From an uncultured Gammaproteobacteria bacterium (lineage in GTDB: Bacteria; Patescibacteriota; Microgenomatia; Daviesbacterales; UBA10151), in the NCBI GenBank assembly GCA_964390595.1, contig CAYMIA010000001.1, positions 59,981-123,980 of the forward strand: DNA of 64,000 nt, read 5' to 3'. Position 1 is the stretch's first letter. Every line of letters begins with the position of its first letter. Shown piece after piece: positions 9,295-18,669 of this stretch. Both the position numbers and the translations under genes were made by a program. The notes under the pieces were generated by a model. It worked only from the letters and a program-made list of their open reading frames with translations, was not told the origin of the DNA and made no database searches.

Positions 9295-10333
9295 TGTAGT
9301 TGACGCTAAGTTACAGACAATATTTTTTTCTGGTCTGATAACTCTAATCCTCCTTTTTACACTCAGAAAAAAAATTAGTTTATCAGCTTTGGATATCGAT
9401 ACAACAACTGAGCTAAAAGGTTTGGCAATTTTGGCGATTGTTTTATCGCATATTGGATATTTTTTATCGACCGATCATGATTTTTTATTTCCACTGTCGA
9501 TTTTGGCAGGCTTAGGGGTCAATGTTTTTTTGTTTTTATCGGGATTTGGGCTGATGGTTTCATCAACAGAGAAGCCCCTGTCCATTCTTAATTTCTATTT
9601 AAAGCGGCTGCGGAAAATTTTTATTCCAATGTGGATTGTAATTACGGTTTTGTTTTTGGCCGATTTTTTTGTTTTAGGCCGGACCTACAAACCTCTGGAG
9701 ATTTTAAGTTCATATTTGGGGTTTTTTCCAAAGGCTGATTTGTACATCAATTTGAATGCACCTTTGTGGTATTTTTCCTTCATTCTATTTTATTATTTGC
9801 TTTTTCCAATAATCTTTCTCAAAAAATACCCGGTAGTCTCGGTAATTTTGATGATGGTTCTGAGCTTTATTTTTTCGAGGATGGTATTGCCAGTTGACTT
9901 TGGAGTAAACCAACTTTATAAGGTGCATTTTCTGGCTTTTCCATTAGGAATGTTACTGGCGATTTTCTCAAAAAGAATCACTAAAATCCCCAGTTTAATT
10001 TCATTTGTGCTCATACCTGTTTTTATTTTTGTTTTTGCCTATACAGCGATTAATTCTGGAGTAGGCCAGGGACTTGTGATTGAACAGGCAACTAGTTTAG
10101 TAACTTTATTTAGCTTACTCGGAGTGTTTATTTTAAAGAGGTGGCAGTTTAAATTTTTGATGCTTCTGGGAGTTTACTCATATGAGATCTATTTAATTCA
10201 CTGGCCACTTCTTTATAGGTATGATTGGTTGTATAAATTTTTGCCACCGGCGCTCGCGACTTTATTGTATATCTTTCTATTCCTAGCTTTAGGAGTCGTT
10301 TTGCAGAGATTAACTAGTAAACTTAAAGGTTAG
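9284..10333 (+). CDS. acyltransferase family 3 (membrane O-acyl/acetyltransferase)
   Basis: 349 aa with about 10 TM segments. The N-terminal LKGLAILAIVLSHIGYF is typical of AT3 proteins. It overlaps the SGNH gene by 11 nt. Confidence 0.7.
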   Translation: MPVNVVDAKLQTIFFSGLITLILLFTLRKKISLSALDIDTTTELKGLAILAIVLSHIGYFLSTDHDFLFPLSILAGLGVNVFLFLSGFGLMVSSTEKPLSILNFYLKRLRKIFIPMWIVITVLFLADFFVLGRTYKPLEILSSYLGFFPKADLYINLNAPLWYFSFILFYYLLFPIIFLKKYPVVSVILMMVLSFIFSRMVLPVDFGVNQLYKVHFLAFPLGMLLAIFSKRITKIPSLISFVLIPVFIFVFAYTAINSGVGQGLVIEQATSLVTLFSLLGVFILKRWQFKFLMLLGVYSYEIYLIHWPLLYRYDWLYKFLPPALATLLYIFLFLALGVVLQRLTSKLKG

Positions 10334-10398
10334 TTATTACTTATTCCTTACTCTGTTTTCAACCCGATCTTATATCAGTTTGATATGATTTTCTACAT

Positions 10399-10983
10399 AT
10401 GGGATTAATTAATGATCTGTCAATTATTAATATGATTTCCTGGCTCATTTTAGGACTCTCGGTTGGGTATATGACTCACTTAGTTGATGGTAGAGAGATT
10501 CGAGGAGGACTTATTGGATCGCTTTTAATGGGAGTTTTGGGTGCGGTCCTGGGAGGTTTTTTGGCTAATTTAATCTTTGGAGTTGGGATTGCTGGTTTTG
10601 ATGTGCCATCGCTGCTTTTTTCTATCGCTGGGGCGGTAATTTTGACGGTTTTTCAAAGGGTGTTTTCAAGTGAGATCCAATCGAATCCGGAAATTAAAGA
10701 AACGGGCGATTATGATCTGCCAGTTGATCAGGATAGTATCACCGAAGTTTATGAACAAGGTGACTTGGCTTACTTCTCTCAGGTGACACCGCTGAAAACG
10801 GATTACAGGTTAAATAACTACTTAAAGAGGGTCAGTTTTCCAGCGAGTAAAAGCGATTTAATTTCCTTTGCTGATCATGAGGATGCGAGTTACCAAACCT
10901 TAGAGACACTTGAGCAATTACCTGATCATATCTTTACGAGCGAAGAGGAATTAAGAAATTCGATCGATCAAATTAGATCATAA
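10399..10983 (+). CDS. GlsB/YeaQ/YmgE-family stress membrane protein fused to C-terminal DUF2795-like domain
   Basis: 194 aa. The N-terminal glycine-zipper TM region (GGLIGSLLMGVLGAVLGGFLANLIFG) is typical of transglycosylase-associated/YeaQ proteins. The C-terminus (YLKRVSFPASKSDLISFADHEDASYQTLETLEQLPD) resembles DUF2795. Confidence 0.5.
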   Translation: MGLINDLSIINMISWLILGLSVGYMTHLVDGREIRGGLIGSLLMGVLGAVLGGFLANLIFGVGIAGFDVPSLLFSIAGAVILTVFQRVFSSEIQSNPEIKETGDYDLPVDQDSITEVYEQGDLAYFSQVTPLKTDYRLNNYLKRVSFPASKSDLISFADHEDASYQTLETLEQLPDHIFTSEEELRNSIDQIRS

Positions 10984-11053
10984 CTTTACAGATCTCTTAC
11001 TCAAAAATTGCTTGCTTTTTATTTTTTATTGGTAGTATGGGGAGGAAAGTGAG

Positions 11054-11701
11054 GTGAGAGAGATGGCAAGAATGGTATTGGGTGTTTTTTCTCTTCGAGA
11101 TGAAGCTGAGATGGCAATCCGTGAGTTAGAGCGGGCGGGTTTTGATCCTAAGGATGTTTCTATTATCATGAAAAACCGTGAGGAAGCCCGGGAGATCTCG
11201 GATAATACCGAGGCTAATATCGCTGGAGGAGCGGTGACTGGAGCGACTGCTGGTGGCGCAATAGGCGCGCTTGCAGGTTTACTAATTGGGGTGGGGGCGA
11301 TAGCAGTGCCTGGTGTGGGAGCACTCTTAATTGGTGGCCCGATTGCGGCAGCGCTTGGCTTAACAGGGGCGGCGGCAGCGACTGCATCTGGTGCATTGAC
11401 TGGAGCTTTAGCTGGTGGTTTGATTGGCGGGTTACTTAGTTTGGGTGTGCCAGAAACTGATGCGAGAATCTATGAAGACCGTATTAAGGAGGGTGGTATC
11501 TTGCTTTTGGTGCCAGTTACCGACGGCAATACTGATGAGGCCAGAGAGATTCTGGAGACTAATGGGGCTGATCAGATTAAGATTGTGGGAGACTTAAAGA
11601 GCAGAAGAGGTGAATATGAAAGTCAGGGTTCACCGGCTTTTTATAGTGATGTTCCTAGAAAAAGAAGTGAGATTGATGAGTTTAATGAAGATGATATTTG
11701 A
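11054..11701 (+). CDS. general stress protein (YflT/GsiB-like N-domain) with glycine-zipper membrane segment
   Basis: 215 aa. The N-terminal VVGVFSLRDEAEMAIRELERAGFD...VSII resembles the YflT-type heat/stress-induced domain. An extensive G/A-rich glycine zipper follows. Confidence 0.45.
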   Translation: MREMARMVLGVFSLRDEAEMAIRELERAGFDPKDVSIIMKNREEAREISDNTEANIAGGAVTGATAGGAIGALAGLLIGVGAIAVPGVGALLIGGPIAAALGLTGAAAATASGALTGALAGGLIGGLLSLGVPETDARIYEDRIKEGGILLLVPVTDGNTDEAREILETNGADQIKIVGDLKSRRGEYESQGSPAFYSDVPRKRSEIDEFNEDDI

Positions 11702-11771
11702 TTAAACTCAGTACTTGATTAACAAACAGGGGGGAAGCCCTCTGTTTGTTATAGAAAGGAGGTGACTTTTA

Positions 11772-11972
11772 ATGAAAGATGTGCAAAAACGTAATCCCAA
11801 AATGGTTACACCTGCTGGAGAGGAAGATTACACAATGACTGACAAACCAGCAGATTCAGGGGTAATGACAGGACAAAATGATTGGGAACAATATAACGCT
11901 GAGGTTTCACCGGATGACAGTGAGGAAGAGACGTTGGTTGGTGATGAAGGTGAAGATGAAGATGCAGAGTAA
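11772..11972 (+). CDS. small acidic protein (hypothetical)
   Basis: 66 aa, D/E-rich. A GGAGGTGA SD lies upstream. Confidence 0.35.
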   Translation: MKDVQKRNPKMVTPAGEEDYTMTDKPADSGVMTGQNDWEQYNAEVSPDDSEEETLVGDEGEDEDAE

Positions 11973-11989
11973 TCTGGTATAGTTATTCT

Positions 11990-12568
11990 ATGACCGGACG
12001 AACTCATGATTTGGCAGCTTTTACAGCGCTGAATTTGGTAGTAGCTACAAATTCTCCAAGTCAGCTAACATTAGCAACGGCTTTGGTGGGATTAACTGCT
12101 AATTTAATAGGGGGGTTGGCTCCGGATATAGATCAACCAACTGCGGAGTTGTGGAATAGATTGCCAGCTGGCTCTATTTTTGGGCGGATTTTATCACCGA
12201 TTCTGGGGGGTCACCGTTTCATCTCTCATTCGATCCTAGGAATGATTATATTTGGCTTGGGGAGCAAGTATTTACTTAACCTACTGGCCGGTGTTTTATT
12301 GGTGGATATGCAGGTCGTCTGGATCTGTTTTATGATTGGATTTGTTTCTCATTTACTCATGGATACTTTAACCAGAGAGGGTGTACCATGGCTTTTTCCT
12401 TTGCCAGTTAGATTGGGGGTTCCGCCACTTCGAGCGCTTCGGATGAAAACAGGTGGTTTGTTGGAGAAGATGATGGTTTTTCCTGGATTAATACTGGCTA
12501 ATGCCTATATTTATTACCGATATTATCCACAATTTATGGAGTTTTTAAGACATACGATCAGGTACTGA
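11990..12568 (+). CDS. membrane-bound metal-dependent hydrolase (YdjM/DUF457 family)
   Basis: 192 aa. The N-terminal TGRTHD, then HRFISHS and VSHLLMD motifs, sit in a TM context characteristic of DUF457. Confidence 0.55.
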   Translation: MTGRTHDLAAFTALNLVVATNSPSQLTLATALVGLTANLIGGLAPDIDQPTAELWNRLPAGSIFGRILSPILGGHRFISHSILGMIIFGLGSKYLLNLLAGVLLVDMQVVWICFMIGFVSHLLMDTLTREGVPWLFPLPVRLGVPPLRALRMKTGGLLEKMMVFPGLILANAYIYYRYYPQFMEFLRHTIRY

Positions 12569-12654
12569 TTTATTACTATTTTCTTACCCAAGTTGGCAGA
12601 CAAATTTGTTAATTGATGATTAATCTAGAAATTTAGACTGGAGGTGAGATTGTT

Positions 12655-12789
12655 TTGGTAAAAGATTTATCTAGGAGGAATAAATTTAAGAAGAAGGAGA
12701 AGATAGCGATTGGTCAAGAACGCAATCCTTATGGAGAGACATTTTATAGTCAAGTTAGAGGATGGACAAAAAAGGCTAAAGGCCCTTAG
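12655..12789 (+). CDS. possible small basic protein (44 aa) with TTG start
   Basis: This ORF is not in the supplied track because it is under 60 aa. It follows a strong SD, GGAGGTGA, 7 nt upstream of TTG. Translation: (M)VKDLSRRNKFKKKEKIAIGQERNPYGETFYSQVRGWTKKAKGP. It sits in a gap of about 200 nt between genes. Confidence 0.25.
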   Translation: MVKDLSRRNKFKKKEKIAIGQERNPYGETFYSQVRGWTKKAKGP

Positions 12790-13915
12790 GGTTCCACATT
12801 GTGAGGTCTTCACCACCTAGCTTCCAGAAAACAAAGCTATTAATACCTAAGCTTTTAGCTAGAGAAATTTTTTTAAAGATACTAGTTTGGTCTTGAAACC
12901 AAACAGAGTGAGTATTATTTTGGGGATCAATATAAGAAAAATTTAGCTCCCCTGAATCTTTATCTCTGGTTGGATTAATATGATAGGTTTGAGCTTTGCC
13001 TATTAACTCAGTATAGGTTGAGCCAACCCCTTTTTTGCTGTCCCAGTCATAGCCATAATTTGGCAAACCAATAATAATTTTTTGGGGTGGAATGTTTTTT
13101 TGAGCATAGTTGATTGATGAGCGGAGATCCTCGAGTGGAGTAATTGGGCCTGGAGTTGAATTTTCGCTATGGAAATCATATGCCATCACTCTAATAAAAT
13201 CGGCCGACCTGCTCAAGTTTAAATAATCCTGACCCTTAGTGCCAATCCATTGATTATTTTCACCAGTTTGAGCGTGAACGGTGATGGAGAGGATTAGATT
13301 ATTGTGATGTAGCTGACTCGCTAGTTGGGAGACAAAACCGTTAAAATTTTCCTTATCGTCTGGGAGTATTTCCTCCCAATCTAGGTCCCAGCCATGAAAG
13401 CTAGCAGAAGTGGCGATGTTTGTTAGATCAGAAATTAGTTTTTGGCTGAGCTGCTTGTTATTTAAGAGTTTGTGGACTCGGGCTCCATCAAAGTCATTGC
13501 CGATAGAGGGAGTGACCAGGACGTTAGAGGACGCGGCGATGTTTAAAACTTCCTTTTTGTATTTAACAGCGAGCTCTTTAAGGGTGCCATCTGGTTCTAA
13601 TTTGTACCAAGCTGGGAGTATTTCGTTTAGGTTTTGGGAGGCGTTTTTAAATGAATTCAGAACACTGGCTTCATCCCAGGAGGGCAACCAGGCAGAGATA
13701 GTCGATTTCATAACTGGACTCATTGAAGTTTGAGTTACTGGAGAGGAGCTAATTATTTGAGGGGGTTGATTTAGCCATAATCTGGTAAAAAAAATTCCAC
13801 CTGAAATAACAATGATGGCAATTAGAATTGCCAGGTTTTTATTCATGTTATTTAACCCTTTTTTTACTGACGATTCGGCGGATTGATCGGCGGATTTTAC
13901 TGGTGCCGAGTACAC
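12776..13915 (-). CDS. glycoside hydrolase family 18 (chitinase-like) protein, membrane-anchored
   Basis: 379 aa. The GH18 catalytic motif D-x-x-D-x-D-x-E is present as HGWDLDWEE, and MAYDFH is also GH18-typical. N-terminal TM anchor. Confidence 0.7.
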   Translation of the reverse strand: MYSAPVKSADQSAESSVKKGLNNMNKNLAILIAIIVISGGIFFTRLWLNQPPQIISSSPVTQTSMSPVMKSTISAWLPSWDEASVLNSFKNASQNLNEILPAWYKLEPDGTLKELAVKYKKEVLNIAASSNVLVTPSIGNDFDGARVHKLLNNKQLSQKLISDLTNIATSASFHGWDLDWEEILPDDKENFNGFVSQLASQLHHNNLILSITVHAQTGENNQWIGTKGQDYLNLSRSADFIRVMAYDFHSENSTPGPITPLEDLRSSINYAQKNIPPQKIIIGLPNYGYDWDSKKGVGSTYTELIGKAQTYHINPTRDKDSGELNFSYIDPQNNTHSVWFQDQTSIFKKISLAKSLGINSFVFWKLGGEDLTMWNPKGL

Positions 13916-13938
13916 CTAAATGGAAAATAATCGAAAAA

Positions 13939-15039
13939 CTACTTACTGAATGGAAAGGCGTAGCCATAAAACCTCCTTTTGACTTGGTCTGTTTGTTCAC
14001 TATACCTTTTAGCCTTACCCCAGCTCATTGATAGATCAAAACTGAAAATAACCTTAATAAAACTTTTTAGAAAAACTAAACTGCTTAAGACTCTAAGTAA
14101 ATAAAAGAAGGGTAAGTAGCGAAAAATTAGCCAGTTGTGATGACGCTTACTAGTGAGAATTAGAGTGGGAGCGATAAATAAAATTAAGTCAATTAGTAGA
14201 GGAAATATTAATATGTGGGCCCGGTTGGTAATGACAAATGGGAGGAAAATTATCAAAGCAACTGAAAGAAGCCCGTTATACAGACCCTCGAGTGCCAGTA
14301 AGCCGACCTCTAAATCAAGCATTTGATTGCCCCAGGGGATGTTGTGTTTCCGGACGCATTGCCAAAAACCGGTATACCACCTGTCGATCTGTTTAAGAAA
14401 GTCAGTGATAGTTTTGGGATCTTGAGTAACTACGACTGAGCGATCGGTGTAGACGATTTGGCCTAAATTTTGGCGGTGAATTAAGAAAGTAAAGTCCATA
14501 TCCTCAGTCAGTGTTCCCGTTGGAATCTCTATTTTGTCAAAGATATCAGCCCGATAGATGGTTGAGCAACCTGGGCAAACTATAATGGCATTTTCAATAT
14601 TCTGGGCTGATTTATGAATGGTTTGGGCGACTTCATACTCCCAGAGCCGGTATGTAGTGATGGCGTTGTAGGTTTTGCCGATTACTTTTCCAACTACGCA
14701 AGCAATCTTTTTACCTTTAAATAAGGGCAGGCTGTTGTCTAGAAAAGATTTAGTAATTTTAGTATCGGCATCCATAGGCATTAAGTATTCATAATTTTTG
14801 GCTAACTTAAAATGCTTAATGGCTAGGTTCATAGCTGTTGCTTTGCCTTTGTTTGGGTTGAGGGTTAAGACATTAGAGACTAGTTTTTTAGCTTCCATTT
14901 CGGTGCCATCGATTGAACCATCATTGACAACGTAAATATCTTTTTTGTCAGCCACTTCGAGTAGTGACTTGATGGTATCGGCTATGACAGCTTCTTCATT
15001 GTGAGCTGGAACTAAAAAGGCGATCAGTCGTTTTTTCAT
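13939..15039 (-). CDS. processive family-2 glycosyltransferase (PNAG/chitin-synthase-like, IcaA/PgaC-like)
   Basis: 366 aa. GT2 motifs are present: VVNDGSIDGT, the DAD box PMDADT, TED (GTLTEDMD) and the Q-x-x-RW motif (KQIDRWYTG) that is diagnostic of processive beta-glycan synthases. C-terminal TM segments. Confidence 0.75.
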   Translation of the reverse strand: MKKRLIAFLVPAHNEEAVIADTIKSLLEVADKKDIYVVNDGSIDGTEMEAKKLVSNVLTLNPNKGKATAMNLAIKHFKLAKNYEYLMPMDADTKITKSFLDNSLPLFKGKKIACVVGKVIGKTYNAITTYRLWEYEVAQTIHKSAQNIENAIIVCPGCSTIYRADIFDKIEIPTGTLTEDMDFTFLIHRQNLGQIVYTDRSVVVTQDPKTITDFLKQIDRWYTGFWQCVRKHNIPWGNQMLDLEVGLLALEGLYNGLLSVALIIFLPFVITNRAHILIFPLLIDLILFIAPTLILTSKRHHNWLIFRYLPFFYLLRVLSSLVFLKSFIKVIFSFDLSMSWGKAKRYSEQTDQVKRRFYGYAFPFSK

Positions 15040-15905
15040 TTGCTGGCTGTTTGATTTAAGACCACTTGAAGAGCTTGAGTTGGTAGAACAACAGGTACAT
15101 TAGACTCTTTGATAACGTTTAGCATGTCGTTTAATTTGGCTGGAGTTGTGGCATAGTCAGTTGTGCCGTCATCAACTTGATGGAACATAATAATGAGCCA
15201 CTCGTTATTGGTTTTAGCGTGCTCAACCCAAGCTTTGATATATTCAGGAGTGGTAAATGAGTGAACTGCCTGAACATTTAAAGTGTATGGATCTTGAACT
15301 GGAAGTGGATTGTAGCCAACTCCAGAGCCGCGGAGAGAGACATAATATTTTTTGGCGATTTCATCAATTAAAGGAGTACCTGCTCCACAAGGGGTGACAA
15401 AGTTTTCAGCGGTGATGTTGTGGGCTAGCAGATCTTGTTTGGCTCCAGCTAATTCATCCTCAACTTGCTGGGCTGATAAATGATCTGGATTGCAGTTGTG
15501 AGTTCTGGTGTGAGAAGAGATCTCCCAGCCACTGCTTTGCATCTTTTCTACTTGAGCCCAACTCATATAGGAGGGTTGGCCCAGAAGTTTGGTTGGAACA
15601 GCCAGCGAGCCTTTGAGGTTTTTGTCTTCCATCATCGGAAAAGCAGTTGAATATTGAGAGAGCCAGGCATCATCAAACCAGAGGGTGATGAGCCCACCAC
15701 CACTCCATTTGATTTTTTCGTAGGCAGTTTTAGTTGGTTGCTGAACTTGGACCTGAGTTGGCTGAGTTATCTTAGGATCGAGAACGTCCCAGGTTGGATG
15801 GTGAACTGTGCCAACTAAGTAGCCAATAGCTAGCCATACACCAATGATTGGTACGATCAGCCAAGACAACATATGCATTTTTTCTGGGTTGAGTTTTTTA
15901 GTCAT
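15036..15905 (-). CDS. polysaccharide deacetylase (NodB homology domain; IcaB/PgaB-like)
   Basis: 289 aa with the NodB motifs TLWFDDAW (a TFDDG variant) and SHTRTH (H-S/T-x-x-H). N-terminal TM anchor. It overlaps the GT2 gene by 4 nt. Confidence 0.65.
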   Translation of the reverse strand: MTKKLNPEKMHMLSWLIVPIIGVWLAIGYLVGTVHHPTWDVLDPKITQPTQVQVQQPTKTAYEKIKWSGGGLITLWFDDAWLSQYSTAFPMMEDKNLKGSLAVPTKLLGQPSYMSWAQVEKMQSSGWEISSHTRTHNCNPDHLSAQQVEDELAGAKQDLLAHNITAENFVTPCGAGTPLIDEIAKKYYVSLRGSGVGYNPLPVQDPYTLNVQAVHSFTTPEYIKAWVEHAKTNNEWLIIMFHQVDDGTTDYATTPAKLNDMLNVIKESNVPVVLPTQALQVVLNQTASK

Positions 15906-17356
15906 TAAAACCGCCTTTTGTATATATAGAAATCTTTACTCTGAAAAGTCAAGGCATAATTTTCAGATAAGTTTTCAGCGACCAACTTGTGTATACCCTC
16001 GTGAGAGTCATCTCTGGATTCTTGATCTCCTTCTAGCTCGACATAGTTAAAGTAACCATCATGAAGGGCTTTGGTGTAAGCGCTCGCATCTTCTTTTTTG
16101 CTATAAGAAAACCAGTCAAATGTAGTGACATTGATTGGATGGTCATTCTCGTAGATATCCAAAACAGCGGCTGAGCCAACTTCGGCTAAAAGTTTATCAC
16201 CTGGTTTAATATGGCTTTGGAGGTAAGATGTAATCGGTGAGCTATCGGTCCATTGGTGATTAAAGCGTTGGCCATCTTGGTAGGAAAGAAACCAATAAAG
16301 CGCTAGTACTGTTGTAATATAGCCGACGAGAAGCGTTTTGAGGTATCGGCCTTTGAGGGAGGTGATTATATTACCTATTCCTAGCCCAGCGACAATTGAT
16401 CCGAAAGCGATACTCAAAAAGATATGTTTATCAAAAGTGCTTAGCCGGTGGATACCGATATGAAACAAGAGGGCTAATAATCCACCAAATGTTAAAATGC
16501 TCCATAGTTTATATTGTTTATGTAAAAACATACCGATTGTGCCAAGAGCATAAAAGCCCAACATGTAATAGGTGTTGGTCCAAAACATCTCTAATATCTG
16601 AAGTGGGCTGGCATATTGATTGGATTGGGTTTGATAGTAGGTAACAAGAGCAGTAAAGTTGGTTAAAAGGAAAAAAGTCATGGCGGCGATTAAGGGATAG
16701 AGAAAATAGTTTTTAAAGAACTTGAACTGGGTTGGGGTTTTTCTTAACTTAAAAAAGAAGGTTAGTACAATAAATGGTAGAAAAATCCCGCTAATAATTT
16801 TAAACATGATTGCAGCAAACAATGAGAGGCTGGAAAGTAAATAAAGTTTACCGGTGTTCCGGTCTGTTTTTTCAGCCAGCAAAAGCAAACCAATGCTTAG
16901 GAATAGAAAATAAAAGCTAGGCATATCATAAGTGGCTAAACGGCTAACATAATAGGCTGTAGCTGAGCCACCTACGACCGCAGCAGCGATGCTGGCTGTT
17001 AAGTAATTTTGAGAATCTCTTTTTTTGGTGAGAAATAAGGTGATCATAAAAATGGTTTCAATGGTCAAGATGCCAAAGAAAACGTTCAGCAGTCTCGATC
17101 CAACTATACCGCCGATGGTATAGGCCAGGCTAGTAATAGTTGGATAAGCCATTGGGTGACCAGCAACCCAGGCTGAGGGGTTATAAGTGACCCAGTCGCC
17201 TTGGAAGATTCCTAGCTTTCCTAGAACCACATAAATTGCTTCATCATTAAATGGAGAGTTGTAATTTAAGTTGATTACCCGGATTAGCAATGCAATTGCT
17301 AGAATTAGCAAAAGTGGCAAATAGGTGATTGGTAAAGGTAGTTTTATTCGGCCCAT
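15905..17356 (-). CDS. GT-C fold glycosyltransferase (ArnT/PMT-like, GT39/GT83-like)
   Basis: 483 aa with at least 11 TM segments. The first-loop FNDEAIYV (DE motif) is characteristic of ArnT/PMT-type GT-C enzymes. Confidence 0.6.
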   Translation of the reverse strand: MGRIKLPLPITYLPLLLILAIALLIRVINLNYNSPFNDEAIYVVLGKLGIFQGDWVTYNPSAWVAGHPMAYPTITSLAYTIGGIVGSRLLNVFFGILTIETIFMITLFLTKKRDSQNYLTASIAAAVVGGSATAYYVSRLATYDMPSFYFLFLSIGLLLLAEKTDRNTGKLYLLSSLSLFAAIMFKIISGIFLPFIVLTFFFKLRKTPTQFKFFKNYFLYPLIAAMTFFLLTNFTALVTYYQTQSNQYASPLQILEMFWTNTYYMLGFYALGTIGMFLHKQYKLWSILTFGGLLALLFHIGIHRLSTFDKHIFLSIAFGSIVAGLGIGNIITSLKGRYLKTLLVGYITTVLALYWFLSYQDGQRFNHQWTDSSPITSYLQSHIKPGDKLLAEVGSAAVLDIYENDHPINVTTFDWFSYSKKEDASAYTKALHDGYFNYVELEGDQESRDDSHEGIHKLVAENLSENYALTFQSKDFYIYKRRF

Positions 17357-17447
17357 AACAATTAATTACAATCGTATTGCTGCATAATACTATATCTGAT
17401 AGTATTTGTAAACTATTAAACTAAACTTACTTTGGTATACTAATTTA

Positions 17448-17951
17448 ATGGTAGCTTTTGGACATACGGCAGTGGGTGTTTTGATTGGAGTAACGACTGC
17501 CCATTTTGTAGCTGATTCTGATCCAGTTTTGGGAATGTCTCTGGCCTTTGGGGTGGGACTGGTATCACATTATTTGGCAGATTTTATTCCCCATGGTCAT
17601 TTTTTTACTGACACGACCAAGTACAAAAAATACGCCCTGCCAATCATTATTTTTGATTTGGGACTTGGCGGGGTAATATTTTTGGGGTTATCTTTTTTAA
17701 AGTTTGGGGTGAGTTGGCCCATGGTTTATATTATTTTGGCTGTTGTTGCATCAGAGTTGCCTGATGCATTAGACGCTTTTGTTTGGATGAAAATGATTAA
17801 GCCTAAGGGACTGATTGGCTTGGAGTATCAGCTGCATAGAGCGATGCATTGGCATGCTAGGCCAGATCCTGGTCTGCCGCTTGGCCTATATGATATTTGG
17901 CAGGTGGCAGTAATAATTGGTGCTTTTTTAGTGTTTAAAGTTATTTCTTAG
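17448..17951 (+). CDS. membrane protein (possible DUF457-like hydrolase)
   Basis: 167 aa and polytopic. An N-terminal His plus the SHYLADFIPHGH motif are loosely reminiscent of YdjM-type proteins. Confidence 0.35.
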   Translation: MVAFGHTAVGVLIGVTTAHFVADSDPVLGMSLAFGVGLVSHYLADFIPHGHFFTDTTKYKKYALPIIIFDLGLGGVIFLGLSFLKFGVSWPMVYIILAVVASELPDALDAFVWMKMIKPKGLIGLEYQLHRAMHWHARPDPGLPLGLYDIWQVAVIIGAFLVFKVIS

Positions 17952-17984
17952 GTAATTCTCAGCTAGCCTTGGTATAATTCGAGG

Positions 17985-18662
17985 ATGAGAATTTTAATAG
18001 TTGAAGATGAGCACAAGATCGCCCAGTCGATTAAAAAGGGGCTAGAACAGGAAGCTTACGCAGTTGATATAGCTTATGATGGGACTGAGGGACTCGATAT
18101 GGGTTTATCGGGAGATTTTGATTTGATAATTTTGGACCGGATGCTGCCAGGTTTGGATGGAATTCAGATCTGTCTCAAGTTGCGTGAAAGTGATATTCAT
18201 ATACCAATTCTAATGTTAACAGCTAGGGGGCAGGTTGAAGATCGGGTGGTGGGTTTGGATTCAGGGGCTGATGATTATTTAGTCAAACCTTTTGCATTTG
18301 AAGAGTTGCTAGCAAGAATTAGAGCATTAAAGAGGAGGCCAGTTGATAGTTTAGGGGTTAAGTTGCAAATGGCTGACTTGTCGCTTGATCCCGGCAAATT
18401 TGAGGTCGAAAGAGGTAAAAAATCAGTTAGGCTTTCTAATAAAGAGTTTGCTTTGCTTGAATATTTAATGAGACATCCCAATCAGATTCTCACCAAAGAG
18501 CAGATCATTAATCATGTTTGGGATTATGAGGCAGATGTGTTGTTTAATACAGTCGAGGTTTATATCGGTTATTTGAGAAATAAAATTGACCGGGCTTTTC
18601 CTAAAAGCCCAAACTTGATTAAGACCGTGAGAGGTTTTGGATACAAATTAACTGAAGGGTAA
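17985..18662 (+). CDS. OmpR-family two-component response regulator
   Basis: 225 aa with a receiver domain (MRILIVEDE...DLIILDRMLPGLDG) and a C-terminal winged-helix domain (Trans_reg_C). Confidence 0.9.
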   Translation: MRILIVEDEHKIAQSIKKGLEQEAYAVDIAYDGTEGLDMGLSGDFDLIILDRMLPGLDGIQICLKLRESDIHIPILMLTARGQVEDRVVGLDSGADDYLVKPFAFEELLARIRALKRRPVDSLGVKLQMADLSLDPGKFEVERGKKSVRLSNKEFALLEYLMRHPNQILTKEQIINHVWDYEADVLFNTVEVYIGYLRNKIDRAFPKSPNLIKTVRGFGYKLTEG

Positions 18663-18669
18663 TTTTGGA

